Shown here: one piece after another, positions 50,261-60,087 of the stretch
Layout of the letters: each line of letters starts with the position of its first letter
How positions within the stretch are numbered: position 1 is the stretch's first letter
Source: a virus
IMG/VR virus record: IMGVR_UViG_3300044675_005321
Location: 3,647 to 67,646 of that record
Length of the DNA stretch: 64,000 nt
Strand: one strand, 5' to 3'
The notes under the pieces: generated by a model
Told to the model about the DNA's origin: nothing
The model's input: the letters and a program-made list of their open reading frames with translations, nothing else
Databases searched by the model: none
Made by a program: the position numbers and the translations under genes

Positions 50261-50983
50261 ATGAAAAAGAGATATAGTACAAGAGACTTCTTGAAACCTA
50301 AGAGCACATGCGAAGGAGCGTTAATAGCGACTAGGCGTGCTCTTGCTGATTGTGAGGTTCGGGGATGGTTGGCTGACGATATAGGCGTATCATATTCAAA
50401 GTTTTGTGAATACCTATCCACATATGATGATAATGCAAATATACTTAAAACATGGGCTAAACATTGGGATATGTCGCCGAATGTGCTTCAAAAAATAGTG
50501 TTCATTGATCCATCAATTCCCAGTATACTAAAAACAACTAGGATGACAGACATAAAAGCATCACAAGTACTTTCTAATCTTAAATTTTGCGTCTCTATTG
50601 TTCATAGAAACCTTAATCAATCAATTGATGATCAAAAGATTGCAATTCGCAAATGGACAGGGTTAAATAGTGAATATGCAATACTAGCCCCCAGCCTCTA
50701 CCATTGTTCAGAAGCTTTGATTGATGCTAGTATTGATGAGGGCGCTTGTGAATGCCATATTGATGAACGCATCTTATTTATGGTAGCAACATGGGGCGGG
50801 TGGCAAATACGAGCGGAAATTGATCATTGGTTGACGAATGTAGCTACGATTTATAGGGGCGTATCTCTTGGGTACTACCCAACAGATATGCAAGTTGAAT
50901 TTACTGAATGTTCGATGAGAAAGGCGCCGATCGATGCTATTGAGAAATATAAGCTTGATCAAGTGAAAAAGATTTTCATTTAA
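50261..50983 (+). CDS. Hypothetical protein (true start may be 50114)
   Basis: 240-aa ORF with HTH-like WLADDIGVSYSKF. Confidence 0.55.
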   Translation: MKKRYSTRDFLKPKSTCEGALIATRRALADCEVRGWLADDIGVSYSKFCEYLSTYDDNANILKTWAKHWDMSPNVLQKIVFIDPSIPSILKTTRMTDIKASQVLSNLKFCVSIVHRNLNQSIDDQKIAIRKWTGLNSEYAILAPSLYHCSEALIDASIDEGACECHIDERILFMVATWGGWQIRAEIDHWLTNVATIYRGVSLGYYPTDMQVEFTECSMRKAPIDAIEKYKLDQVKKIFI

Positions 50984-51045
50984 ATTACTGTGTGAAAGAT
51001 AAATCTTGTAGAAAGTGTTAACACTTCACTAAAACAGGAGAAATT

Positions 51046-51345
51046 ATGAAAAAGATCAAGCCAGTACATAGGCAATTGGTACACTTAGACCGCCCGCAAA
51101 CAGCTATCTTGAAACTGATTGCTATGATGGGCGAAGTATCACAGAAAGAAGCTATCACAGCTATTTTCAACATGGGATTAGGCGCACTACTCAAGGCAAT
51201 CAATGAAAACGATGATATCCAGTTTTTAGCTACGCTCAAGACCTATGGTAAAGATGAAACAACCAACCTTCTTTTTACAGAACTTTTTAAGCTTAGCGAC
51301 TCAAGGAAGGCAACCAATGAACGCACTGAATCAGACAAAACTTGA
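51046..51345 (+). CDS. Hypothetical protein, possibly ribbon-helix-helix
   Basis: AGGAG RBS; beta-alpha-alpha-like N-terminus. Confidence 0.55.
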   Translation: MKKIKPVHRQLVHLDRPQTAILKLIAMMGEVSQKEAITAIFNMGLGALLKAINENDDIQFLATLKTYGKDETTNLLFTELFKLSDSRKATNERTESDKT

Positions 51346-51919
51346 GCTATTCGAGTTTCTTTGTTGCAAAGACCATCTAGAAGAAGAAAAACCTATGAGA
51401 AATAGAACACTATATGAGGATCTAAACAACGAATTAGCGGCGTCAAAAGATATCGCTGATCTTTGTGAACGATCATCAATTTTACTAGCAAATATCATCA
51501 AGCTTGCAGACAACCCCGATGCACTTGATATCTTTACAAAACAAGCTGAAGTTCTAAGCTATATGTTCAAAGATATGGCTTACAAATGCCCTAAAAAGGC
51601 GATTCGTTCAATGGTATCAGAATGGATTAGGGAAGAAAAAACACTACGTGAAATGGCTGATTTGCTCAATCAACAAGGCTTGACCACACACACCGGCAAG
51701 ATGTGGACTCATGCGCTTGTGGCGTATGCTTTTAAAGATTTGTTCGAGGCAAACAAAACCAATCCCGCGCAAGTGAGCGCCCCATTACGTGCAAAAGAAT
51801 TGAGAGATCGGGGATGGACACTAGACGCAATCGCCCACGCCCTCAATGACGAAGGTTTCAGCACGCTACGGGGTGGGGCGTATTCTTCAGGCACTGTGCA
51901 TCACCTACTAAAGGATTGA
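51317..51919 (+). CDS. Protein with two recombinase-type DNA-binding domains, no catalytic domain seen
   Basis: TLREMADLLNQQGLTT..GKMWT and TLDAIAHALNDEGFST..GGAYS. Confidence 0.65.
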   Translation: MNALNQTKLELFEFLCCKDHLEEEKPMRNRTLYEDLNNELAASKDIADLCERSSILLANIIKLADNPDALDIFTKQAEVLSYMFKDMAYKCPKKAIRSMVSEWIREEKTLREMADLLNQQGLTTHTGKMWTHALVAYAFKDLFEANKTNPAQVSAPLRAKELRDRGWTLDAIAHALNDEGFSTLRGGAYSSGTVHHLLKD

Positions 51920-51920
51920 T

Positions 51921-52061
51921 ATGAACGCTATTATGATTGCTAGTCTTGGACTACTAAGGCAAATTGCTGAACCTATTTTAAGAGAAGATGCAACCATTCA
52001 ACAACAAGTACTTGAGTTCTTAGATACCTTGATCAAGCGACTTGCGGGAGATATTGAATGA
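51921..52061 (+). CDS. 46-aa hypothetical protein (not in ORF track)
   Basis: MNAIMIASLG...AGDIE; AAGGA RBS; ATGA overlap with next gene. Confidence 0.55.
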   Translation: MNAIMIASLGLLRQIAEPILREDATIQQQVLEFLDTLIKRLAGDIE

Positions 52062-52297
52062 AGATCAAAGATCAGATACAAGAACTAAGAGAACAGATCG
52101 CACGCTTAACAATGCATCTTGTCAATAAGAATGAAGTACTTAGAGAACAGGCCTCTGAAATTGCGAAGGTTCAAAAAGAGCTATGTGCGCTAAGCGCTTC
52201 AGTTGATACGCAAACAACCCGTATTGATGCCTTGCTTATCATGTATCAAGGTATCACCATCCCAAAAGACTTGAGCAAACTAAAGAAAGAAGGTTAA
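52058..52297 (+). CDS. Small coiled-coil protein
   Basis: Heptad pattern; similar to next ORF. Confidence 0.6.
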   Translation: MKIKDQIQELREQIARLTMHLVNKNEVLREQASEIAKVQKELCALSASVDTQTTRIDALLIMYQGITIPKDLSKLKKEG

Positions 52298-52299
52298 TC

Positions 52300-52488
52300 A
52301 TGGGAGTAAAAAGAGACATTGATGATCTACAGAATGAGATTGCTAAGGTTCAAAGAGATCTAAGTGATCTAATCGATGCACAAAACAAAAGAATTGAGGC
52401 CTTGAACACTTTGTTTCATTTTACTAGACAAGATATCAAAGATCTAAGCGCAAAGATTCCAAAAGAACCAACAGGACAAGATCAATGA
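52300..52488 (+). CDS. Small coiled-coil protein, paralog of previous ORF
   Basis: Shared EIAKVQ...RI(D/E)AL...KDLS. Confidence 0.6.
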   Translation: MGVKRDIDDLQNEIAKVQRDLSDLIDAQNKRIEALNTLFHFTRQDIKDLSAKIPKEPTGQDQ

Positions 52489-52961
52489 AGTCCGAGCACT
52501 TAAAGCAACGAATGAATCAAGTTTTAGTACTTGCTGAAAGTTCAAGATGCCCCCGTAAAAAGTTCGGTTGTTTGATCATTGACCCCTTGAATAATCGTGT
52601 GATTAGTGACGGATGGAATGGAGCGCCAAAAGGGCCAGAGCGCCTATGTGGCAATGAAGTGTGTGCCCGTGATCAAGCCTCAATTCAAAGCGGTTCAAGC
52701 CCTCATATTGGTTGTCACCATGCAGAAATGAACGCTATTTGTAACGCCGCTTCTATGGGTACCAGCACGAAAGGCGCTTGGGCTATTGTCAATGGCGAAC
52801 CTTGCCTTATGTGCGCTAAGATGCTTCATCATTCGCTCATTGCTACTGTGGTAATCATTCGGGGGGCTTACCTTGGCGCACAGCTTACAGGAGATGCAGG
52901 CGTCCAGTATCTACTTGATCATAGTATCAATGTAATTTTTGAAAGGATTGAACATGGTTGA
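52485..52961 (+). CDS. dCMP deaminase
   Basis: S.C...FG, GWNG, HAEMNAI and PCLMCAK motifs. Confidence 0.9.
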   Translation: MKSEHLKQRMNQVLVLAESSRCPRKKFGCLIIDPLNNRVISDGWNGAPKGPERLCGNEVCARDQASIQSGSSPHIGCHHAEMNAICNAASMGTSTKGAWAIVNGEPCLMCAKMLHHSLIATVVIIRGAYLGAQLTGDAGVQYLLDHSINVIFERIEHG

Positions 52962-53214
52962 TTTTTTATATAGTTTCAATGGTTGCGTTTTTATTACGGC
53001 GCTTCTGTACTTGCTCATATGGATTTTGAAGCTTGTCCACGAACTACGATTTGTACACATTGGCGCCCTTCGCATGTTCGCTTTATGCGTGTTACTAGGT
53101 TTCTTTGTGTACTTCTTATTCATGCTTAGTTTACGAGCGCCGGCGATCATTGCGTCTTTCATGTTTGTTAATATGATCATCGGTGCGTTGGAAGGTGAGG
53201 GCAATGAAAACTAA
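52954..53214 (+). CDS. Small multi-TM membrane protein
   Basis: Three hydrophobic segments; overlaps both neighbours. Confidence 0.55.
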   Translation: MVDFLYSFNGCVFITALLYLLIWILKLVHELRFVHIGALRMFALCVLLGFFVYFLFMLSLRAPAIIASFMFVNMIIGALEGEGNEN

Positions 53215-54211
53215 TTGCGTTTATCATGGTGATTGTCTTGATTTGTTGCCTAGCATACCGAGTAAATCTGTTGACATGATACTTTGTGATCTTCCGTACG
53301 GGACTACAGCTTGTGCGTGGGATTCAATTATCCCTTTAGATAGGTTATGGAGAGAATACGAACGAGTAATCAAGGATAATGGGAACATTGTTTTAACCGC
53401 TCAAGGTATGTTCGGGGCTAAGCTAATGACTTTCAGAGAAACATGGTTCAATCATGATTATGTATGGATAAAGAACCAACATTCAAACTTCGCTTTAGTA
53501 GGTATCCAGCCACTACGTATCTTTGAAAATGTACTTGTATTCAGACCACCAAGAAAAGACGATATAGATAGAGCATTTAACAAAGAACTAAGGGCATATT
53601 TCAAGCAAGTAAATGAGTTCATAGGTTTAAATAGATCACAGATAGAACAGATCATAGGAAATAAGGGCTATCATCATTCTTACGGCGTGACGGGTTGTCA
53701 ATTTGAACTATGCACACAGAAAACATATGAACAATTGATCGAGTGTTTCAAGATTGACCAGATGCAGGGCTATTTGAACTTTGAAACTTTGCAATCTATG
53801 AAAGAAGAATTGATTCCTTTTACTTTTAACTTTGATGATCGTATTAAAAGTACAAAGCAAGCAAAGAAAGATGCTTTTGGAAGTACTGACACTTTAGGCA
53901 ATTGCGCAAAAGATTACAAAGAACACACAAGCAAAGAATACGAAAACTATCCAAGAAATACGCTATATTTTGACTGTGAACGAGGACAACACCCAACACA
54001 GAAACCGGTATCACTATTTGAATATTTAATAAGAACCTATTCAAATGAAAATGAAGTAATCTTAGACAATTGCAGCGGTTCAGGGACTACAGCGATTGCG
54101 TGTTTAAATAGTAATAGGCAATATATTTGCATAGAAAAAGATGAAACCTACTACAAAAAATCACTTGAGCGCATAGCTAATCATGAACCCTTGTTAAACT
54201 TAGGACAATGA
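53204..54211 (+). CDS. Beta-class DNA methyltransferase copy 5 (long central region)
   Basis: DLPY, HPTQKP and DNCSGSGTT motifs. Confidence 0.92.
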   Translation: MKTNCVYHGDCLDLLPSIPSKSVDMILCDLPYGTTACAWDSIIPLDRLWREYERVIKDNGNIVLTAQGMFGAKLMTFRETWFNHDYVWIKNQHSNFALVGIQPLRIFENVLVFRPPRKDDIDRAFNKELRAYFKQVNEFIGLNRSQIEQIIGNKGYHHSYGVTGCQFELCTQKTYEQLIECFKIDQMQGYLNFETLQSMKEELIPFTFNFDDRIKSTKQAKKDAFGSTDTLGNCAKDYKEHTSKEYENYPRNTLYFDCERGQHPTQKPVSLFEYLIRTYSNENEVILDNCSGSGTTAIACLNSNRQYICIEKDETYYKKSLERIANHEPLLNLGQ

Positions 54212-54444
54212 AATGTATGGCAGTCATTTATTAGTTCGCTTATTGATTAGTGAAACATGCATCTTAGATATCTGTGAGCGTTTAGAGCGTGTGCATTGCC
54301 TCATAGATCAAGAAGTCATAGACAGAATACGAGCGCTTGAAACCACGTACCAAGGGCGGGCAACGAAAACAATTTTATTGATGCCTTAAATTTGAGAATG
54401 TTGCTTGAAACTTATATACTTGTACTTGATCAACAGGAGTATAC

Positions 54445-54726
54445 ATGAACAAGTTTGAAAAGATAGCAATTGACCTATCAACCATTTTATCTATGAAGAA
54501 TGAGGCCTATGGAAACGCTTTTGACAAGACAACACAGATACTCACGCTTCTTTATCCTCATGGAATCAAAGTAGACCAGTACAAAGATATTCATGTCATT
54601 GTTCGTATGCTTGATAAGCTGTCAAGGATTGCAAGAGACAATGACCCAATGGGGGAAAGTCCGTATATGGACATTGCAGGATATTCTATTTTGGCACTTG
54701 CTAGGGATGAGAACAATGAGAACTAA
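54445..54726 (+). CDS. DUF1599/nucleotide-modification-associated-like protein
   Basis: KNEAYGNAF...RMLDKLSRI...DIAGYSIL; TTGAGA-17-TATACT promoter and AGGAG RBS upstream. Confidence 0.65.
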   Translation: MNKFEKIAIDLSTILSMKNEAYGNAFDKTTQILTLLYPHGIKVDQYKDIHVIVRMLDKLSRIARDNDPMGESPYMDIAGYSILALARDENNEN

Positions 54727-55735
54727 TTGCGTGTTGCATGGTGATTGTCTTGACTTGTTGCCAAGTATACCCGATAAATCGATCGATATGATACTTTGTG
54801 ATCTTCCGTACGGGACTACAGCATGTTCATGGGACTCTATCATCCCTTTAGATAGGTTATGGGCTGAGTATGCAAGAGTGATCAAAGATAATGGGAACAT
54901 TGTTCTGACAGCTCAAGGCATGTTTTGTGCAAAGCTTATGACATTCAAAGAAACATGGTTTAATCACGATTACGTGTGGATAAAGAACCAACATTCAAAC
55001 TTCGCTTTGGTAGGTATCCAGCCACTACGAATCTTTGAAAATGTACTTGTATTCAGACCACCAAGAAAAGACGATATAGAGAGGGCATTTAACAAAGAAC
55101 TAAGGGCATATTTCAAGCAAGTAAATGATTTCATAGGTTTGACGGCTGAAAAGATAGCAAAGATAATAGGCCATATGGGTTACCATCATTCTTACGGCGT
55201 TAATGGTTCACAGTTCGCACTATGTACAAAAGAAACCTATGATCAATTAATTGAGTGTTTCAAGATTGACCAGATGGACGGATACTTGACCTTTGAAACT
55301 TTGCAATCTATGAAAGAGAAACAATTTAACGCACCATATACTTTTAATTTTGATGACCGTATAAGAAGTACAAAACAGACAAAGAGTAATGATTTTAATA
55401 GGCAGATGTATGGAGACAAAACAAATCAAAAATACAAAGGGCATATAAGCAAAGAATATGAAAACTACCCAAGAAACACGCTATATTTTGATTGTGAAAG
55501 GGGTATGCATCCAACACAGAAGCCAGTAGCGTTGTTTGAGTATTTAATAAGAACCTATTCAAATGAGAATGAAGTTATCTTAGACAATTGTTCAGGTTCA
55601 GGGACAACAGCGATAGCGTGTTTAAATAGCAATAGGCAATTTATTTGCATGGAGAAAGATGAAACCTATTACAAAAGATCACTTGAACGCATAGCTAATC
55701 ATGAACCCTTGTTAAACTTGATCAATGAGAAATAA
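54716..55735 (+). CDS. Beta-class DNA methyltransferase copy 6 (paralog of copy 5)
   Basis: Same motifs; start placed at MRTNC. Confidence 0.92.
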   Translation: MRTNCVLHGDCLDLLPSIPDKSIDMILCDLPYGTTACSWDSIIPLDRLWAEYARVIKDNGNIVLTAQGMFCAKLMTFKETWFNHDYVWIKNQHSNFALVGIQPLRIFENVLVFRPPRKDDIERAFNKELRAYFKQVNDFIGLTAEKIAKIIGHMGYHHSYGVNGSQFALCTKETYDQLIECFKIDQMDGYLTFETLQSMKEKQFNAPYTFNFDDRIRSTKQTKSNDFNRQMYGDKTNQKYKGHISKEYENYPRNTLYFDCERGMHPTQKPVALFEYLIRTYSNENEVILDNCSGSGTTAIACLNSNRQFICMEKDETYYKRSLERIANHEPLLNLINEK

Positions 55736-55779
55736 GCTAAATAAAACTTTGAATTCATGGTTAAATTTGTTAGATTGCT

Positions 55780-55895
55780 ACTTGATACATGCCCCTTTTT
55801 GTGAGAGTTGAACGAGACCCATATTAACGCGTAGCACCTTTGGCATGTATCAAGTTGACTAGCCCGCTTTTTTTGTTTTTGGCGGGCTTGTCTTT
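55780..55895 (+). ncRNA. Candidate small RNA
   Basis: TTGAAT-16-TAGATT upstream; perfect 14-bp stem (55780-55793/55842-55855) with 48-nt loop; then AGCCCGC/GCGGGCT hairpin. Confidence 0.4.
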
Positions 55896-55957
55896 ATCTT
55901 TGTTTATCGATTTAAAATAGTTTATTTTGTATACTAGAAACAAAGATAGGAGACTCA

Positions 55958-57553
55958 ATGAAATCATCATCAACAATTCATCAGCTTGCTGAGCTTGCAG
56001 ATATATCAGAAGAATTATTACAAAAGGCGCTAAAGACAGCGGAGGCGGGGGGCAAAATTGAACCTTCAGCCTATGATCTTGATCCATCGAACTACGCAGC
56101 GTATACCAGTTCAGACAGCTACAGAGGTTCAGAGCATGAGGGAACAAGTCAATTAGACTACGACATCTTGACTTATATGTCACGCGTGCCCGTTATCTCA
56201 TCGATCCTACAAACCAGAATCAATCAGATTGCAGAGTTTTGCATTCCTCAAGAAGATCAGTTCAAAGCGGGCTATGTGATACGTCTAAGGGACAAGACAA
56301 AAGAACCTACAGACGAAGAAAAAAAAGAAATGCAAACTTTGACACAATGGATTGAAACTTGTGGAGAAGGTTACAAGTTTGGGGGCGCTTGGGACTTTGA
56401 AAGCTTTGTTCGTATGATCATTAGAGACAGCCTAATCTATGATCAAGCATGCTTTGAAATCATCAAAAACAGGGGCGGGGCAATCATAGGATTTATTCCC
56501 GTAGATGCAAGCACAATTAGGCGTGCTAGTGTGACAGAGGAGGAGAAGAAAACAGGTCATCGAGATTGGATTGATAGCGCCTTTATTCAAGTAATCAATG
56601 GTAAAAGAGTAGCTACGTTTGATAATGATCAATTAGCGTTCTGTATTCGTAGACCACGAACAAACATTGTATCGCGTGGATATGGATTCCCCGAACTTGA
56701 GGAACTTGTTAAAGTCGTAACGCACTTAGTCAACGCCGAAACCTACAACGCTTCTAATTTTACAAATGGTATACATGCAAATAGCATCTTAGCAATCAAG
56801 AGTAAGATGAACCCTCAATTATTTAGAGCGTTTAAGCGTGAGTTCTATGCTAATTTGTCAGGCCCCGCACAAGCAAAGAGAACGCCTATTATCCAGCTTG
56901 ATCCCGAAAGTCAAGAAGAGATTGAGAGCGTGAACTTAGGCGCAACAGCCGAAGAGATGGGGTACAAAGATTGGCTAGGATACTTAACAAAAGTCGCGTG
57001 TTCAGTGTATCAAATTGACCCCGCTGAATTAGGTTTTGTTTTTGGTACAGAAGGGCAAACAGGAGCATTGACCCAACAAGGCCCAGGCGCCCGAATTCAA
57101 GCCTCTAAGGATAAAGGCTTATACCCACTACTAAGAAGCGTTCAAAATTGGATTAATAGACACATAATCCACCAAGTAAATGATAAATATGAACTACGCT
57201 TCATGGGGCTTGATGCAGAGACAGAAAAAGACGCGTTGACCTCTGATATTCAAAGAGTATCGAACTACATGACTATCAACGAAATCAGGGCAAAACATGG
57301 ACTAGAGGAGATTGAAGGCGGCGACGTGATCTTGAACCAAGCATATATTACAGCATTGGGCATGAGTCAACAGCAAGCACAAGAACAGCAAGCCCCCCAA
57401 GGTCAAGAAGATGATGGAGACAATTATGGCCAAGAAGAAGAGCAAGAAGAAGGCAATCAAACACAGGATGAACAAGAACCCGATCAAGAAGCGGGCGCGG
57501 GGGAGGAAGTAGCAAAATCTATGGGGTCAAAAAAATTTAGCATTGAGATCTAG
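55958..57553 (+). CDS. Portal protein
   Basis: PVDASTIR, GYGFPELE, YQIDPAELG and MTINEIRAKHGL motifs; acidic tail. Confidence 0.92.
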   Translation: MKSSSTIHQLAELADISEELLQKALKTAEAGGKIEPSAYDLDPSNYAAYTSSDSYRGSEHEGTSQLDYDILTYMSRVPVISSILQTRINQIAEFCIPQEDQFKAGYVIRLRDKTKEPTDEEKKEMQTLTQWIETCGEGYKFGGAWDFESFVRMIIRDSLIYDQACFEIIKNRGGAIIGFIPVDASTIRRASVTEEEKKTGHRDWIDSAFIQVINGKRVATFDNDQLAFCIRRPRTNIVSRGYGFPELEELVKVVTHLVNAETYNASNFTNGIHANSILAIKSKMNPQLFRAFKREFYANLSGPAQAKRTPIIQLDPESQEEIESVNLGATAEEMGYKDWLGYLTKVACSVYQIDPAELGFVFGTEGQTGALTQQGPGARIQASKDKGLYPLLRSVQNWINRHIIHQVNDKYELRFMGLDAETEKDALTSDIQRVSNYMTINEIRAKHGLEEIEGGDVILNQAYITALGMSQQQAQEQQAPQGQEDDGDNYGQEEEQEEGNQTQDEQEPDQEAGAGEEVAKSMGSKKFSIEI

Positions 57554-57600
57554 AATGCAATATAATTAGCCTTGAACATAGGAAACAAGGACTAGAAAAC

Positions 57601-58611
57601 ATGTTTAATTATACACAATGCGCCAATGATTTAATCAAGGCGCTGACTCATAAATACATTCGTAGAGTTCCCAAGGGAGTAACCAAGACCGGCAAAACAA
57701 AGTATATTTACTTCTATGCAGGCCAAGAAACACCACGTCAAAAAGGCGGGAGTAATGAGGTAGTCGATCATGTCAATTCTCTATTAGTGAGTAGGCAAGC
57801 CCGCGGCGATAAAAATCACTTTGAGCATTTAGTTGATAGTTTAAAAAAGGTTCGTGATACACTGAACAAAGTAAACGCAGGTAATATCGATAAAAAAGCG
57901 TTGAGAGACGCCGTAAATCATATTATGCCCGATGCTCGTGCGGCCGCTCTCAATCGATTATCTATGTCCTCAAATTCAGTCGATAAAATTAGAGCTCAAA
58001 TAAATGTTGACGCTCTAGTTAATACTGTTATGAGCGGTAAAATGAAAAACGATATCTTTAATATGATCAAGGAACAGATCGCACAAAAAACCCCAACCGA
58101 TGTAATCGAAACAAGAACGTTAGACTACATGCAAAACAGGGTTCAGGATCTTATTAAGCGTGCGGCGAATGCCCCAACACAAGAGAGCAAAACTACTAAT
58201 GTAGATCAAGAGTATCAAAGGGTGCTTGATCAAACAGCCAACCCCGATCATGTTGATACTATTGTGGCGGTCCTTTCTCGTAAACTCAAGGATGGGGAGA
58301 GTGTGACAGCGCAGAGCGTATCAAATACCATGCTTTCTAATGTGGTTAGTCAGATAGTCCCCGATATTAAAAGCGGTTTAGTAAATAGATTCAGGGCAGA
58401 CTTGACACAAAGACAAATTGACCCCGCTAGTATTAAAACAAAAGATATTGTACAAAAAGTGATAGGGGATGAGGGCGTTGTTAATAAAATTAAAGAAACT
58501 TTAGTAGATGGCGTCAATAATGATAAGGATGTTGAAAGTATACAATATCAAGTATTCCAGCACATAGCAAACGCCGCACAGAAACATATTACAACCCTCT
58601 TACAGAAGTAA
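57601..58611 (+). CDS. Candidate internal head protein with HKYIRR leader
   Basis: Leader shared with 62085 gene; downstream of portal. Confidence 0.55.
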   Translation: MFNYTQCANDLIKALTHKYIRRVPKGVTKTGKTKYIYFYAGQETPRQKGGSNEVVDHVNSLLVSRQARGDKNHFEHLVDSLKKVRDTLNKVNAGNIDKKALRDAVNHIMPDARAAALNRLSMSSNSVDKIRAQINVDALVNTVMSGKMKNDIFNMIKEQIAQKTPTDVIETRTLDYMQNRVQDLIKRAANAPTQESKTTNVDQEYQRVLDQTANPDHVDTIVAVLSRKLKDGESVTAQSVSNTMLSNVVSQIVPDIKSGLVNRFRADLTQRQIDPASIKTKDIVQKVIGDEGVVNKIKETLVDGVNNDKDVESIQYQVFQHIANAAQKHITTLLQK

Positions 58612-58702
58612 ATGGGCGCAAGACCCTTAGAAAACAATAAAATTTACAAATAACAAGATAAAATTATACAATGATCCTTGAATACAACAAGGACTAGACA
58701 AC

Positions 58703-59503
58703 ATGTTTCGATTTACCCCGCTAGTAAAAAGTATGTTCCCTTTAGATTTGCATGCTCATGCACGATTTGACGAATTGAAGATGATCATTGCAGATAAGCC
58801 AACAGACTACACAGAGAAGCAAGTATATGATATTGTCAAAGATTGCATACTTAACGAATTTTCTTTTTATATAGACTACTTAGAAGATAGAATCGCTTTT
58901 CACCTCTACAATGATTCGCCGGCGTATGCAGACGATTTGAAACAGGTAAAAGAGAAAATACTTGACCCCGAATTTATGTCTATGGTTGCCAGTGAGATCT
59001 ATGAAGAGTTTTATCAAATGGATTTTGCGCCTTTGGACTTGCCCAAGGAGTTTGATGACAAAGAAATCACAGCATGGGCACGCCGGTTTTTGATAAACGA
59101 AATCACACTGTCCGCCGTAAAGGTGATCAATCTTGAAAAGATGCAAAAGTCAATGAGTTTCAATGTACCTCAAGCGGTGAGAAACGCAGCAAAAAGAGGC
59201 TTAGAGCTTCGTAGGGAGAATAAGCGGGGCGGCCTTAGCAACGAACAAGCTAGTAAATTTGGGATAGGTTCAGGCGTTCAAAGGGCTGTGAACCTAAGTG
59301 AAGGCAAAGTATCACTTCAAACACTGAAGCGCATGAAATCATTTTTTGCACGTCATCGAGTCTACAAAGAAAAAGGGTATCACAAAGATCAAACTAGCGC
59401 TTCATATATCTCTTGGCTACTATGGGGCGGGGATGCAGGCGACGCATGGGCAACAAGAACACTTGAACAAATAGAAAAGAAAGAGAACCAGAATGAAAAT
59501 TAA
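58703..59503 (+). CDS. Candidate head-associated protein
   Basis: LVKS leader; C-terminal AAKRGLELR...WLLWGGDAG domain seen in phage head regions. Confidence 0.55.
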   Translation: MFRFTPLVKSMFPLDLHAHARFDELKMIIADKPTDYTEKQVYDIVKDCILNEFSFYIDYLEDRIAFHLYNDSPAYADDLKQVKEKILDPEFMSMVASEIYEEFYQMDFAPLDLPKEFDDKEITAWARRFLINEITLSAVKVINLEKMQKSMSFNVPQAVRNAAKRGLELRRENKRGGLSNEQASKFGIGSGVQRAVNLSEGKVSLQTLKRMKSFFARHRVYKEKGYHKDQTSASYISWLLWGGDAGDAWATRTLEQIEKKENQNEN

Positions 59504-59735
59504 CTTAGAACTAAGCGCCGAAGAACTACGCAAATTCAATCAAGATACTTTAGAAAATCATATCATTGCGAACGCTGATCGAATTGCTAAGGCCGTATTT
59601 AAAGACTCTTTAAACAAGGGTTTCAGAGGCGGCGAAATCAAATTGATCGATGATCTAAGCGCCAAAATGGTTGATCTCTATGAACAAAGATTACAAGTAC
59701 TTAGTAAAAACATAATCAAGGAAGCTACAAAATGA
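59493..59735 (+). CDS. Hypothetical protein
   Basis: Overlap-coupled in the head operon. Confidence 0.55.
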   Translation: MKINLELSAEELRKFNQDTLENHIIANADRIAKAVFKDSLNKGFRGGEIKLIDDLSAKMVDLYEQRLQVLSKNIIKEATK

Positions 59736-59974
59736 AAAATCTATTGTTAAACAGCACTTCAGCGCTATTCAAGGCAATTGAAAACAATGAGGGGCATATT
59801 GATATCTATGTAGACGATGAACGTTGCTACACAATTTTGATTGATACAAAACAATTAGTCAAACATGGATTTCAAGGCGCATTCAAATATGATCTTGTCA
59901 AAGAACAGCAAGTTTCAATCGTTGACCTTTTAGAAGAAGAAATCACACTTTGGCAAAGTGACACAGAAGAATAA
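59732..59974 (+). CDS. Hypothetical protein
   Basis: ATGA coupling; AAGGA RBS. Confidence 0.55.
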   Translation: MKNLLLNSTSALFKAIENNEGHIDIYVDDERCYTILIDTKQLVKHGFQGAFKYDLVKEQQVSIVDLLEEEITLWQSDTEE

Positions 59975-59988
59975 TATAAATACACATA

Positions 59989-60048
59989 AAAATATTTTTA
60001 ATTTATTTTGTAAAATCTCTTGACAAGGTACAAAACATAAAGTATTCA
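59989..60048 (+). promoter_or_regulatory. Sigma70-type promoter with conserved upstream box
   Basis: AAAATATTTTTAATTTATTTTGTAAAATCTC-TTGACA-17 bp-TATTCA. Confidence 0.7.
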
Positions 60049-60087
60049 TAACAGCACCTTAACCAACCAACAAAGGACAAAGCAAAA

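Noticed and set aside
51317-51919. Serine integrase implying a temperate phage
   Set aside because: Only DNA-binding-type domains; no catalytic Y.R.S resolvase motif seen.
54213-54389. 58-aa ORF between methyltransferase 5 and the DUF1599-like gene
   Set aside because: Possible but no recognisable motif; not enough support to call.
55780-55855. tRNA gene
   Set aside because: Length is similar but no cloverleaf, T-loop GTTC or D-arm.
55824-56183. 119-aa - strand ORF over the portal start
   Set aside because: Antisense to the portal, runs through hairpins, no supporting features.
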